Assembly: GCA_039811145.1 (NCBI GenBank)
Contig: JBDHYB010000016.1
Span: 1,274 to 65,273, forward strand
DNA: 64,000 nucleotides
Reading direction: 5' to 3'
DNA from: Chitinophagales bacterium
GTDB taxonomy: Bacteria; Bacteroidota; Bacteroidia; Chitinophagales; LD1
Position numbers and translations under genes: made by a program. The notes under the pieces were generated by a model. The model did no database searches and was not told where the DNA came from. It worked only from the letters and a program-made list of their open reading frames with translations. Positions 53,973-62,917 of the stretch are shown here, piece by piece (the stretch's first letter is position 1; every line of letters starts with the position of its first letter).

Positions 53973-55565
53973 TTATGCATTCATTAATTCGTTCACTAAA
54001 AACCAGGTGCTTATTTTGCCCTTGCCCTTTATGTCTATCTCACCACGGGGTTGGCAGTTAAAGCGTGCGGGCAGCAGTTTCTTAAACAACCCTGTTATGT
54101 GGATAGTATCGGGCAAGCCGTAACTTTCCATGCGGCTTGCAGTATTAACCGTATCGCCCCATAGGTCATAAGCGTATTTGTTTTTCCCCAAAACGCCGGC
54201 GATAACCTCGCCTGCATGCAGGCCTATACGAAGCCTTAACCCGGCACTATGTGTTTTGACCTGCTGTTGCATCGCTAGCGCCATACGTGCAATCCGTTCT
54301 GCATGGTCACCACATGGTTCAGGCAAGCCGGCCACGCACATATAAGCATCCCCTATGGTCTTAATTTTTTCTACGCCATACTGCAACGCCAGTTCGTCAA
54401 ACATCTGAAACAGGCGGTTCAACTGCCGACCCAATTCTTTCACCTCCATGCCCGAGCTCCACAAAGTGAAGTCAACTATATCTGCAAAAAGTACTGAGCA
54501 GTTTTCGTAGCGCTCAATAATTTCTTCATCGCCTGTTTTAATACGCTCGGCAATGGATAGCGGAAGTATTTTGTGTAGTATTTTTTCGGTGGCATGGCGC
54601 TCTGCCTCTTTCCGGTCCAGTTGCCTTTGCATATCCAGGTTGGCGGCTTTTTTTTGGGTTTCTTCGCTTTTTACTTCCTTTTCAAGTATATAGAATCGTT
54701 TAAACGCCTGGGCGAAAGCTTCCCAGTTTTTGGCTCTTTCGTACATATGGCTCAGGGACTGGTATACCTGCATTTGCGCCAATTTACTACCACACTCCTC
54801 AGCCGTTCTTGTAGCCTTTTCGGCATATTCAAAAGCACGCGAATGATCGTTCCATTCAAAATATACGCGCGCTATATTAATAAGGTCGCGGCTGCATTGT
54901 ATATTCAGATTCAAGCTGCTGTTTAAATTATATGCCTGTAAAAAATGCTCCAGGGCTGTTTGTAATTCGCCTTTTCGCGCGTATACAGTACCTCGGTTAG
55001 CTAAAATTATAGCCTTGCTGGGTAAATGACCACTTAGTTCGCAGTAAGAAAGCGCATTATCGTAGCAAAGCAACGCATTTTCAAGGTCGTTTATGGCGTT
55101 GTAGTACACGCCCATGTTGGTGTAGTTAACATGTATGGGTCTATAGCTTTTTTCCTTAATGTGATACTGAAGGGCCTTTTCGCTGTAAGCCAATGCCTTT
55201 TCATTATCGCCAAGGTTGTTGTAAAGGCCCGCCAGGTTTCCGTGTATGTAGGCTTCCTCACGAGAATTGTTGTACTTATCACATAAAAACAGGCTTTGTT
55301 GATATTGCTCAAGGGCATTGTCATAGTGGCCCGCCATAGCGAATGCCATTCCCATTGTAGTAAGGGCTCCTATTTCGGCATCGGGGAAATTATAAGTGCG
55401 CGCCAGTTGCAGGGCTTCGGTTGCCAGGTCGATTGCCCGTATCATATCTGTGCGGTATATTTTTTCCGCTACATCTAATAATGCAGTCATACGGCTTTCG
55501 GGGTCAGTAGCCGAAGCCAGTTGAGCTTCCAGTTCTTCCAATGTTTGTTCCTCAGCGTGTCGCAT
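53973..55565 (-). CDS. TPR-repeat / class III adenylate cyclase (CHD) protein, copy 2 (paralogue of the downstream gene)
   Basis: Same architecture: VLFADIVDFT, KIKTIGDAYMCVAG, and an identical 22-aa block GKNKYAYDLWGDTVNTASRMES. The likely start is MRHAEEQTLEEL (55565). The gap to copy 1 is only 9 nt. Confidence 0.85.
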   Translation of the reverse strand: MRHAEEQTLEELEAQLASATDPESRMTALLDVAEKIYRTDMIRAIDLATEALQLARTYNFPDAEIGALTTMGMAFAMAGHYDNALEQYQQSLFLCDKYNNSREEAYIHGNLAGLYNNLGDNEKALAYSEKALQYHIKEKSYRPIHVNYTNMGVYYNAINDLENALLCYDNALSYCELSGHLPSKAIILANRGTVYARKGELQTALEHFLQAYNLNSSLNLNIQCSRDLINIARVYFEWNDHSRAFEYAEKATRTAEECGSKLAQMQVYQSLSHMYERAKNWEAFAQAFKRFYILEKEVKSEETQKKAANLDMQRQLDRKEAERHATEKILHKILPLSIAERIKTGDEEIIERYENCSVLFADIVDFTLWSSGMEVKELGRQLNRLFQMFDELALQYGVEKIKTIGDAYMCVAGLPEPCGDHAERIARMALAMQQQVKTHSAGLRLRIGLHAGEVIAGVLGKNKYAYDLWGDTVNTASRMESYGLPDTIHITGLFKKLLPARFNCQPRGEIDIKGKGKISTWFLVNELMNA

Positions 55566-55652
55566 TGTTGTAAAGAAAAATCTTATTCCGCTGAAAAAGA
55601 AGCTGTCGGTTTGCCACATCCTTAAATTCCTATTTCTGCTTACCTTTCGGCC

Positions 55653-57623
55653 ATGAAGTTTGAGAGAAAGAACCTGAGTAATGAGGAGCTGATAAATCTT
55701 TACAGGCTTATTTTAAAGCCAAGGGTTATTGAAGAGCGTATGCTGAAGTTGCTGCGCCAGGGCCGCGTTAGCAAGTGGTTTAGCGGTATAGGACAGGAAG
55801 CTATTGCTGTTGGCGTAACGGCTGCCTTGCACAAAGATGAATATCTGTGCCCGCTGCACCGTAACCTGGGCGTGTTTACTACCCGTAATTGCGATTTGCA
55901 GCAATTGTTTGAACAGTTCCAGGGCAAAGCAGGTGGTTTTTCGCAGGGCCGGGAAAGGAGTTTTCACTTTGGCACAAATGAGCATCATATCGTAGGTATG
56001 ATATCGCACCTGGGGCCGCAATTATGTTTGGGCGATGGCATTGCCCTGGCAAGCAAACTAAAGCAGGAGAAAAAGATAACCGTTGCCTTTACCGGTGATG
56101 GCGGAACAAGCGAGGGCGATTTTCATGAGGCATGTAATATTGCCGCTGTTTGGGATTTGCCGATCATCATTTTGATAGAGAATAATGGTTATGGACTGTC
56201 CACCCCAATTAATGAACAGTTCCGCTGCAAGTTTTTGGCAGAGCGCGCCATAGGTTACGGTATGAAAGGCGTAACCATTGATGGCAACAACATTTTAGAA
56301 GTGTACCATACGGTTAAGCAACTGGCGGAGGAAATGCGCGAAAACCCTAAACCGGTTTTGCTGGAGTGTATGACCTTTAGAATGCGTGGCCATGAAGAAG
56401 CAAGCGGCGTTAAGTACGTACCTAAAGAGCTTTTCGAGATTTGGGAAAAGAAAGACCCTGTAACGAATTACGAAAACTGGTTAATTGAAGAAGGTATAAT
56501 TTCGCCGGATTATCCAGACATGTTGAAGGATGAGATGGATGCTGAAGTGCGCAAAGCTTTTGATGCAGCAGATAAGCAACCGGATATTGTGCCCGACACC
56601 CAAAAGGAAACTACTGAGATATATGCGCCCCATCAATTCAACCTGAGCGACCCTAAATCTACTGCAACTAATAAGTTGCGCCTGGTAGATGCTGTATCGG
56701 AAGGGTTAAAGCAGAGTATGCAGAAACACCCTAACCTGGTGGTAATGGGGCAGGACGTGGCGGAATACGGCGGGGTATTTAAAGTAACGGAAGGTTTTGT
56801 AAGCGAATTCGGTAAAGAACGTGTGCGCAACACCCCTCTATGCGAAAGTGGCATTTTGAGCGCTGCGCTTGGTATGAGCGTTAAGGGAATGAAGAGTGTA
56901 GTGGAAATGCAGTTTGCCGATTTTGTATCAACCGGTTTTAATGCCATTGTAAATAACCTGGCTAAAAGTTATTGGCGCTGGGGGCAAAATGTTGATGTTG
57001 TGGTGCGCATGCCAACCGGCGCAGGCGTTGGTGCAGGGCCTTTTCATTCGCAAAGTAACGAAGCATGGTTTTTTCATGTGCCGGGCTTGAAAATTGTTTA
57101 CCCTTCCACTTCTTACGATGCCAAGGGTTTATTATGCGCAGCTATTGAAGACCCCAACCCAGTGATGTTTTTTGAACATAAGGCCTTGTACCGCGGGGTG
57201 GAAAGTGAAGTGCCTGCCGATTACTACACGCTGGAGATTGGTAAAGCCAACCTGGTTAAACAGGGTGACGAGCTTTCTATAATTACCTATGGCGCAGGCG
57301 TGCATTGGGCGTTGAAAGAGGCAGAAAGCTTTGATGCTGACATTTTAGACCTGCGCACCTTATTGCCTTTTGATAAGGATGCCATTGCTGAAACAGTGAA
57401 GAAGACAGGAAAGGTTCTGGTATTGCATGAAGATACATTAACGGGTGGCATTGGTGCTGAGATTGCAGCCTGGATAACAGAAAACCTGTTTGAATATTTA
57501 GATGCACCGGTAATGCGCCTGGCATCTTTAGACACGCCGGTACCATTTGCTATACCGCTTGAGAACAATTTTTTACCAAAAAGCAGATTGAAAGAGAAGC
57601 TGCAGCAGTTGGCTTCTTTTTAG
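55653..57623 (+). CDS. Fused alpha/beta E1 component of a 2-oxoacid (branched-chain/pyruvate-type) dehydrogenase, TPP-dependent
   Basis: 656 aa. The N-terminal half is E1-alpha-like (TPP motif GDGGTSEGDFHEACNIAAVWDLPIIILIENNGYGLST). The C-terminal half is E1-beta/transketolase-like (VVMGQDVAEYGGVFKVT...RNTPLCESGI). Confidence 0.85.
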   Translation: MKFERKNLSNEELINLYRLILKPRVIEERMLKLLRQGRVSKWFSGIGQEAIAVGVTAALHKDEYLCPLHRNLGVFTTRNCDLQQLFEQFQGKAGGFSQGRERSFHFGTNEHHIVGMISHLGPQLCLGDGIALASKLKQEKKITVAFTGDGGTSEGDFHEACNIAAVWDLPIIILIENNGYGLSTPINEQFRCKFLAERAIGYGMKGVTIDGNNILEVYHTVKQLAEEMRENPKPVLLECMTFRMRGHEEASGVKYVPKELFEIWEKKDPVTNYENWLIEEGIISPDYPDMLKDEMDAEVRKAFDAADKQPDIVPDTQKETTEIYAPHQFNLSDPKSTATNKLRLVDAVSEGLKQSMQKHPNLVVMGQDVAEYGGVFKVTEGFVSEFGKERVRNTPLCESGILSAALGMSVKGMKSVVEMQFADFVSTGFNAIVNNLAKSYWRWGQNVDVVVRMPTGAGVGAGPFHSQSNEAWFFHVPGLKIVYPSTSYDAKGLLCAAIEDPNPVMFFEHKALYRGVESEVPADYYTLEIGKANLVKQGDELSIITYGAGVHWALKEAESFDADILDLRTLLPFDKDAIAETVKKTGKVLVLHEDTLTGGIGAEIAAWITENLFEYLDAPVMRLASLDTPVPFAIPLENNFLPKSRLKEKLQQLASF

Positions 57624-57631
57624 GAAAGATA

Positions 57632-58750
57632 TTATTCTTTAACCAGCTTTTGTTTTAGTTCCCACTGCTTGTTAAGCCGCAGATGCACTATGTAAACCCC
57701 GGGGCTTAAGGCGGCGGTATTTACATCAAACCTTATAGGAGAAGAATTAAAACAATCGTACGTGGAGCTTTGCATTTTTTTGCCTACCAGGTTAGTGAGA
57801 TCTACCTCCAGATTGCCGCAACTGAAGTTACGCACTTCAATAGTTAACTTATCGGTAAATGGAGAAGGATAAACAGCCCAATCGGGTGATAAAGGCGCTG
57901 CCGGTAAAGTGAAGCAGCTATCCATATTAACGCTTAACTCCAGTTGCCGGATGGTTTGCGCGGCATTCGTTCCCATAGCGTTAAGTGCGCGCTGGTCAAA
58001 ATGTATTTGATCAGTCATATACCCAAGAGCGCGGTACTGGTTAGCGCTGCTGTCTGCAATAAAAGTAAGTGGGTCTTCGTTAGCCACTTGTTGTTGCACA
58101 TCGCGCACTACGTTAAAAGCGGCATCGTATTCAGGCAAATACAAACCCGTTTGTATAATGTAAAAAGGCAGGCTGCAGTGCAGCTCATTTCTAAACCGTT
58201 GAATCAAATTCTGCAAGGCCCATTTATACTGGCAGGCCGTTATCTTGTTTTGTACAATGCCTATGGCGTCCGACTCGCCCTGCAACCAAATTATGCCATC
58301 CAACTGTTTGCCGGTAAATGCTTCCGCCATTTTTGCTTTACTAACCGCCTGCGTAAATAAGTGATAATTGTTGCTCCAATTGCCCGCGCCCCCGTCTGCT
58401 TTTTCGTGGCAGGCGGTGCCCCCTTTTGCGGCCTGTATAATTATTACGCTATCGCCATTTAACTGCTGGTAGGTATCTGCAAAGGCAGGCCAGGCGCTAC
58501 CGCTCAAAGCCGCCTGAAAATCTTCGTTAGGCAGGGTGTAGCCTACGGGGTCCTGCAATAGCTTTAAGCTGCTTGGCTCGCTATAAAACTCAAAGCACAA
58601 AGGGTTCAAAAAAGCAAGAGAGGAATCGGATTTGCCAACGCCCACTGCATTACTTTGGCCTGCTACCAGAAAAAGTTTTTTCCCCTGCCCGAAAGTATGG
58701 ACAAAGAACAGTAGCAGGCAGATTGTAAAAATTGACTTAGGCCAAAGCAT
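57632..58750 (-). CDS. SASA/DUF303-like carbohydrate (sialate-type) O-acetylesterase with a T9SS type-A C-terminal sorting domain
   Basis: Signal peptide. LVAGQSNAVG (GQSN catalytic block) and WLQGESD. The C-terminal ~80 aa (VYPSPFTDKLTIEV...GVYIVHLRLNKQWELKQKLVKE) match CTD-A. Confidence 0.65.
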   Translation of the reverse strand: MLWPKSIFTICLLLFFVHTFGQGKKLFLVAGQSNAVGVGKSDSSLAFLNPLCFEFYSEPSSLKLLQDPVGYTLPNEDFQAALSGSAWPAFADTYQQLNGDSVIIIQAAKGGTACHEKADGGAGNWSNNYHLFTQAVSKAKMAEAFTGKQLDGIIWLQGESDAIGIVQNKITACQYKWALQNLIQRFRNELHCSLPFYIIQTGLYLPEYDAAFNVVRDVQQQVANEDPLTFIADSSANQYRALGYMTDQIHFDQRALNAMGTNAAQTIRQLELSVNMDSCFTLPAAPLSPDWAVYPSPFTDKLTIEVRNFSCGNLEVDLTNLVGKKMQSSTYDCFNSSPIRFDVNTAALSPGVYIVHLRLNKQWELKQKLVKE

Positions 58751-58818
58751 ACACAAATGTAATGTAGCAGGCAGAACAAATAGGAACTAGTTAGCAGAGG
58801 GGTGTTTATATTCATCGC

Positions 58819-60933
58819 GTGAAAAAACTGCTACTTCTTTTACTGTTGCTTTCGGTGCAGCAAAGCTATGCTGAAACCATTTCCATTATTGCCTCGCAGG
58901 CCTTGCGCGATTCGTCAATTACCGGCATTGCCTTAGATGATGTTCAGGAGTTGCTTACAGAAGCCTGCGGCTGCAAGGTAACTTACAACGATGCCACCGC
59001 CCCTGTGGTTATAATACTACCTGCTGCCAATAAACTAAAACCAAAAGAATTGAACCCCTGGGCCGGTGCAGCCACCTTTCCCTATAAAAACTATCCCCTA
59101 CATAATTATAGCTGGAAGCAGTACCACCAAAACAACCAAACTATGCTTGAGCTGCAGGCTACCTCTTTACAGGGCATCAGTTTTGGGTTGTACGGTTTGC
59201 TGCAGGAAAAGCTTGGCTTTAAGTTTTACCACCCGCGCAATACAGTAATACCAAAGTGGAGCAGCTGGCCGTTGAGCGGCGATTTTACATTTACGGCTAA
59301 CCCGCTTTTTGATAAAAAGGGATTTCACCTACACACCCAACACCATACCGAGTTGGCAGAACAACTGCATGACCCCGCCATGCCTAAAGCACTGGATGAT
59401 GTAAAGGAATACATCAACTGGCTGGCACGCAACGGGCAAACGTATTTTGAGTTTTGCTTGCTGGAAAGCATTGACCGTAAAGAATGGCCGGCCCATGCAA
59501 AGGCCATTGTTGATTACGTGCACCAGCGTGGCATGCTTGCTGCGGTTGACTTATCGCTGCATATGATACAGCAAAAGACCTTTCAATTATATAAAGGGCC
59601 TGCTGCTAAAAAGAAACAGATTGAAAAGAACCTGAAATGGCTGATGACCGCCGATTGGGATTTTATCAATATGGAGTTTAGCACTGCCGAGTTTATTGTG
59701 GGTAACTATCGCAAAAAGGAGGGGCTACGCCAGTTTATTATTAAATGGCTGGGAGAAAACGCTAATACCAAGCTGATGGGCCGGCAGCATGTAGTAAAGC
59801 ATGAAAACGAACAAGGTGCCAAACGTAAAGGGTTTGAGTGGGATAGCGCATCTATCGCTTTGGATCGCCAGCGCGGGGTGTTATCGCACACGGTAATGTT
59901 TTACAGTATGACGGAACCCCACGCACCGGTGTACGAAAATGAAAACCAGCGGCACCAGTTTGAGTTTTTGCTGCGTGAACATAAGATAAGAGAAACCTGG
60001 TATTACCCCGAGAGCGCTTACTGGGTAACGTTTGATAACAGCGTGCCCATGTTTTTGCTGCCTTACCTTAATGCACGCCTTAGTGATATTGACACCTGTG
60101 TGAAGTACGGTATACCGGGCCATATAACCTTTAGCAGCGGATGGGAGTGGGGCTATTGGCTGTTTGACTGGAGCATTGCGCGCTGGAGCTGGCAATACAC
60201 AACGGATGGCATTACACAAAAGCGGACGCCTACTATGTATGCTAATGAATTACTTACTGAAGGAGAGCAGCAATTGTTTGGCAATGCCCTTAACCTGCAG
60301 CAGGAATATTTAAAAGATAAAGACCTGATGCGTTGGATGACCGCCATGACCATAACAGATGAAATTGGTATTAAGGCATTAAACGATGAATATCACCCAC
60401 GCCCTAAAACGCCTTACAAATATTTGCAGCGCCAGGCTACACAAACAGAACTTGATTCTATAAAAAACGCTGTGTTGCCTTTACTTACTGCCTTTGCCAA
60501 CAGCAGTTTTAACGTATGCGAGGCACTAGATACGGCAAAAGGAAATGAGGTAATAAAAGAGTTAAAGGACGGTATTTGTATTACGGGCATTCGCGCCGCA
60601 CACCGCAGTGCTGTGTTGGAGTATATTATTGGCCAAAGAGAGAATAAATTAAAAAAGGAGAAAATTGACTACGCCGGAAAACTGGAAGCGGCAGAAGTGT
60701 ACAGAATGGCGGCACAGAAAATTGTTCAACAACGCGAGCAACATTACCGCTATCCACTTGATTTAATTGCGGCGAAGAAATGGGACCATACCAGTTACCA
60801 CTTCGGTTATTTATACCCGGTGCACGAATTGCACTTTTGGCACCGCGAAGAGGAAGAGGCGCGTAAAAACAAATACAGCCCGCTGTTTATGAATATCTGG
60901 AATATGTGGCGTATAGCGGGGATAATTAACTAA
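58819..60933 (+). CDS. Large secreted hypothetical protein, possibly glycoside-hydrolase-like
   Basis: 704-aa ORF with a GTG start and a signal peptide (MKKLLLLLLLLSVQQSYA). W/Y/E-rich composition. I could not place it in a family. The glycosidase idea rests only on composition and the neighbouring esterase. Confidence 0.5.
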   Translation: MKKLLLLLLLLSVQQSYAETISIIASQALRDSSITGIALDDVQELLTEACGCKVTYNDATAPVVIILPAANKLKPKELNPWAGAATFPYKNYPLHNYSWKQYHQNNQTMLELQATSLQGISFGLYGLLQEKLGFKFYHPRNTVIPKWSSWPLSGDFTFTANPLFDKKGFHLHTQHHTELAEQLHDPAMPKALDDVKEYINWLARNGQTYFEFCLLESIDRKEWPAHAKAIVDYVHQRGMLAAVDLSLHMIQQKTFQLYKGPAAKKKQIEKNLKWLMTADWDFINMEFSTAEFIVGNYRKKEGLRQFIIKWLGENANTKLMGRQHVVKHENEQGAKRKGFEWDSASIALDRQRGVLSHTVMFYSMTEPHAPVYENENQRHQFEFLLREHKIRETWYYPESAYWVTFDNSVPMFLLPYLNARLSDIDTCVKYGIPGHITFSSGWEWGYWLFDWSIARWSWQYTTDGITQKRTPTMYANELLTEGEQQLFGNALNLQQEYLKDKDLMRWMTAMTITDEIGIKALNDEYHPRPKTPYKYLQRQATQTELDSIKNAVLPLLTAFANSSFNVCEALDTAKGNEVIKELKDGICITGIRAAHRSAVLEYIIGQRENKLKKEKIDYAGKLEAAEVYRMAAQKIVQQREQHYRYPLDLIAAKKWDHTSYHFGYLYPVHELHFWHREEEEARKNKYSPLFMNIWNMWRIAGIIN

Positions 60934-60972
60934 TACGCCGAACTTGTTCCCGAAACTTTGGCTATATATTTT

Positions 60973-61788
60973 TTAGAATGATGGCTGGTTGTAAAGGTTG
61001 GATTGTACCGCATCAACAGGCAAGCCATATTGATGGCACACAGATTGTACGGTATCCTTAAACCAACCCTCGGCTTGCGGCGATACAAAAACCTGCTGCA
61101 CCAGTTTTACCAGGTCTACCGGAACCGGGGCACCCGTATTGTAGCGTGGGTCTATACCTTTGGGATTAATTATTACGGCCCGCACCTCCTGTTCGTGAGC
61201 AAAGCTGTTGCGCTTATGAAAAATGGGATTTAACGGATGCGGCGGCCCCCAGCTGTCATTAGCGTAGTCAATATAATTTACCGGCCCGAAGTAGATGGTG
61301 TTGGGGTCGGGTTCAAGGCATTGTGCCAATAACTCAGGCGTGGTTTGTATGGCAACCCCTTCGTTGTTGTTCATGTAAATTTGCCACATGCCGGCTGACT
61401 CATTTTGATTGGTATGCCAACAACTTACATACTGATAACGGTTGGATGTTTTAAGCAGGTAACGTGGTATATCTTCATCGCTTATAGCGTTTATCTCTGC
61501 ATCAGTAAGGTTTAAAAAGTGTTGAATGTTTGGGCGTATGTCTGATTTAGGGAATTGCGATACACCGGCAACATCAATTATATCGCTGTTTAAAAAGGAA
61601 GCATAGTAATTTCTTGAGGCTTCCACATCTTTTTGTGGTATGGAAGATTCGTAGGTATCAATAAACTTATCGGCGCGGGTGAAGTACAGCTTGCGCGAAT
61701 GAAGCAGCGAAACAAACTTAGAGAAGCTGATATAGCGCCAAAGCTTTTGGGTATTGCCCAAGGCGCCTGCATTAAATTTTACTACCAT
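60973..61788 (-). CDS. DUF2971-like protein
   Basis: 271 aa. The N-terminal pattern KLWRYISFSKFVSLLHSRKLYFTRADKFIDTYES matches the hallmark DUF2971 start (l-w/y-r-Y-s...l-yF-s....f-D-x-fE). No signal peptide. Confidence 0.55.
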   Translation of the reverse strand: MVVKFNAGALGNTQKLWRYISFSKFVSLLHSRKLYFTRADKFIDTYESSIPQKDVEASRNYYASFLNSDIIDVAGVSQFPKSDIRPNIQHFLNLTDAEINAISDEDIPRYLLKTSNRYQYVSCWHTNQNESAGMWQIYMNNNEGVAIQTTPELLAQCLEPDPNTIYFGPVNYIDYANDSWGPPHPLNPIFHKRNSFAHEQEVRAVIINPKGIDPRYNTGAPVPVDLVKLVQQVFVSPQAEGWFKDTVQSVCHQYGLPVDAVQSNLYNQPSF

Positions 61789-61914
61789 TTACCAATATAC
61801 TGATTTATGCAAAACGATGGCTTAACGGCAATAATTAAAAAGTGCAATTGTTTGTATAAATACTCCTGTCGGTAACAGGCGCCAATGCTTTAACTTGCAC
61901 TTAAAATAATTGCT

Positions 61915-62628
61915 ATGCGTGTTTTAACCACACTACTAATGGCGCTGCTGTGCGCAGTACAACTTAAGGCGCAAACATCCTGCAATGGTATACCACTTAG
62001 TTACCGCAGCGATAGTATTACCTGGCAAAAATCGTGGACCAGCTTTGGCGACTCTATGCTTTCAGTGCCTATTGTAAATACATCAGACAGTAGTTATGCT
62101 TATCCGCAAGCTAAGTTGGTACCCGTTACGCCCCTGCCAAACGGATTGGTATTAAAAGAAAACGGCGGACCATGGAATGTATTTGCCTCCTCCTTTGTGC
62201 CGGGCGATACATACCCTGCTAATTTCTTTTTTGATGTAAGCCAACCTATACCGGCTAATGCCAGCGTAACCTTTGAGTTATGGCTGACCAACCTGGCGCC
62301 TTTAAGTATTGATAGCTGCAAATTTGACGGTACGTTTACTTTTAACTTTAATCCGCAAGGTGGTGTAGGCATTAGTGAAACGGCCGGTGCCGGTGTTAGC
62401 ATAACCCCGATAGCAGGCGGACAAGTACAAATAGTATTGCCTTTAGCCGGCGGCAACTTTAGCGCAATAGTGTACGATATGCTCGGGCGCGTTGTTTTTG
62501 AGAACCAACTACAGCCCATCTCTGTTCAAAACCTGAGGCTGGAAAATTTGCCCGGCGGCTTATATGCTATAGGTGTGCTAAAGGATGGTAAGCAAAAGGT
62601 AAAGGCGGAGAAGTTGTTTGTGCGATAA
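61915..62628 (+). CDS. Small secreted protein with a T9SS type-A C-terminal sorting domain
   Basis: 237 aa. Signal peptide (MRVLTTLLMALLCAVQLKAQ). C-terminus FSAIVYDMLGRVVFENQL...LPGGLYAIGVLKDGKQKVKAEKLFVR. Confidence 0.65.
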   Translation: MRVLTTLLMALLCAVQLKAQTSCNGIPLSYRSDSITWQKSWTSFGDSMLSVPIVNTSDSSYAYPQAKLVPVTPLPNGLVLKENGGPWNVFASSFVPGDTYPANFFFDVSQPIPANASVTFELWLTNLAPLSIDSCKFDGTFTFNFNPQGGVGISETAGAGVSITPIAGGQVQIVLPLAGGNFSAIVYDMLGRVVFENQLQPISVQNLRLENLPGGLYAIGVLKDGKQKVKAEKLFVR

Positions 62629-62685
62629 CATGTGGAGTAGCCTCTCGCCTGACATACTCGTTAAGTGAACGGCGGGCAAATTAAT

Positions 62686-62831
62686 GGTTGGCAAGGATGC
62701 CAACCATAGGAGCAGATATTTTACAACACCTCCCTTCCCGTGGTTGGCGTCCTCGCCAACCTAAACAATACTATGGCTGCACCCATTTTAGCACTTTAAC
62801 CCTTCGCCGCCGTCTGTGTCCTCACAGACGG
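62686..62831. repeat. Cluster of three short GC-rich hairpins sharing a TCCT/AGGA tetraloop (REP-like)
   Basis: H1 is GGTTGGCA-AGGA-TGCCAACC (62686-62705). H2 is GGTTGGCG-TCCT-CGCCAACC (62742-62761). H3 is CCGTCTGTG-TCCT-CACAGACGG (62810-62831). All lie in the 289-nt gap between convergent genes. Confidence 0.7.
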
Positions 62832-62917
62832 ATTCTGTCCCCGCTGAGGCACACCCATCCTGTATCAAGGCCATTCAGCCGCTAACCTCTAGCAAAACAT
62901 TGTTTTACCTTTTACAC

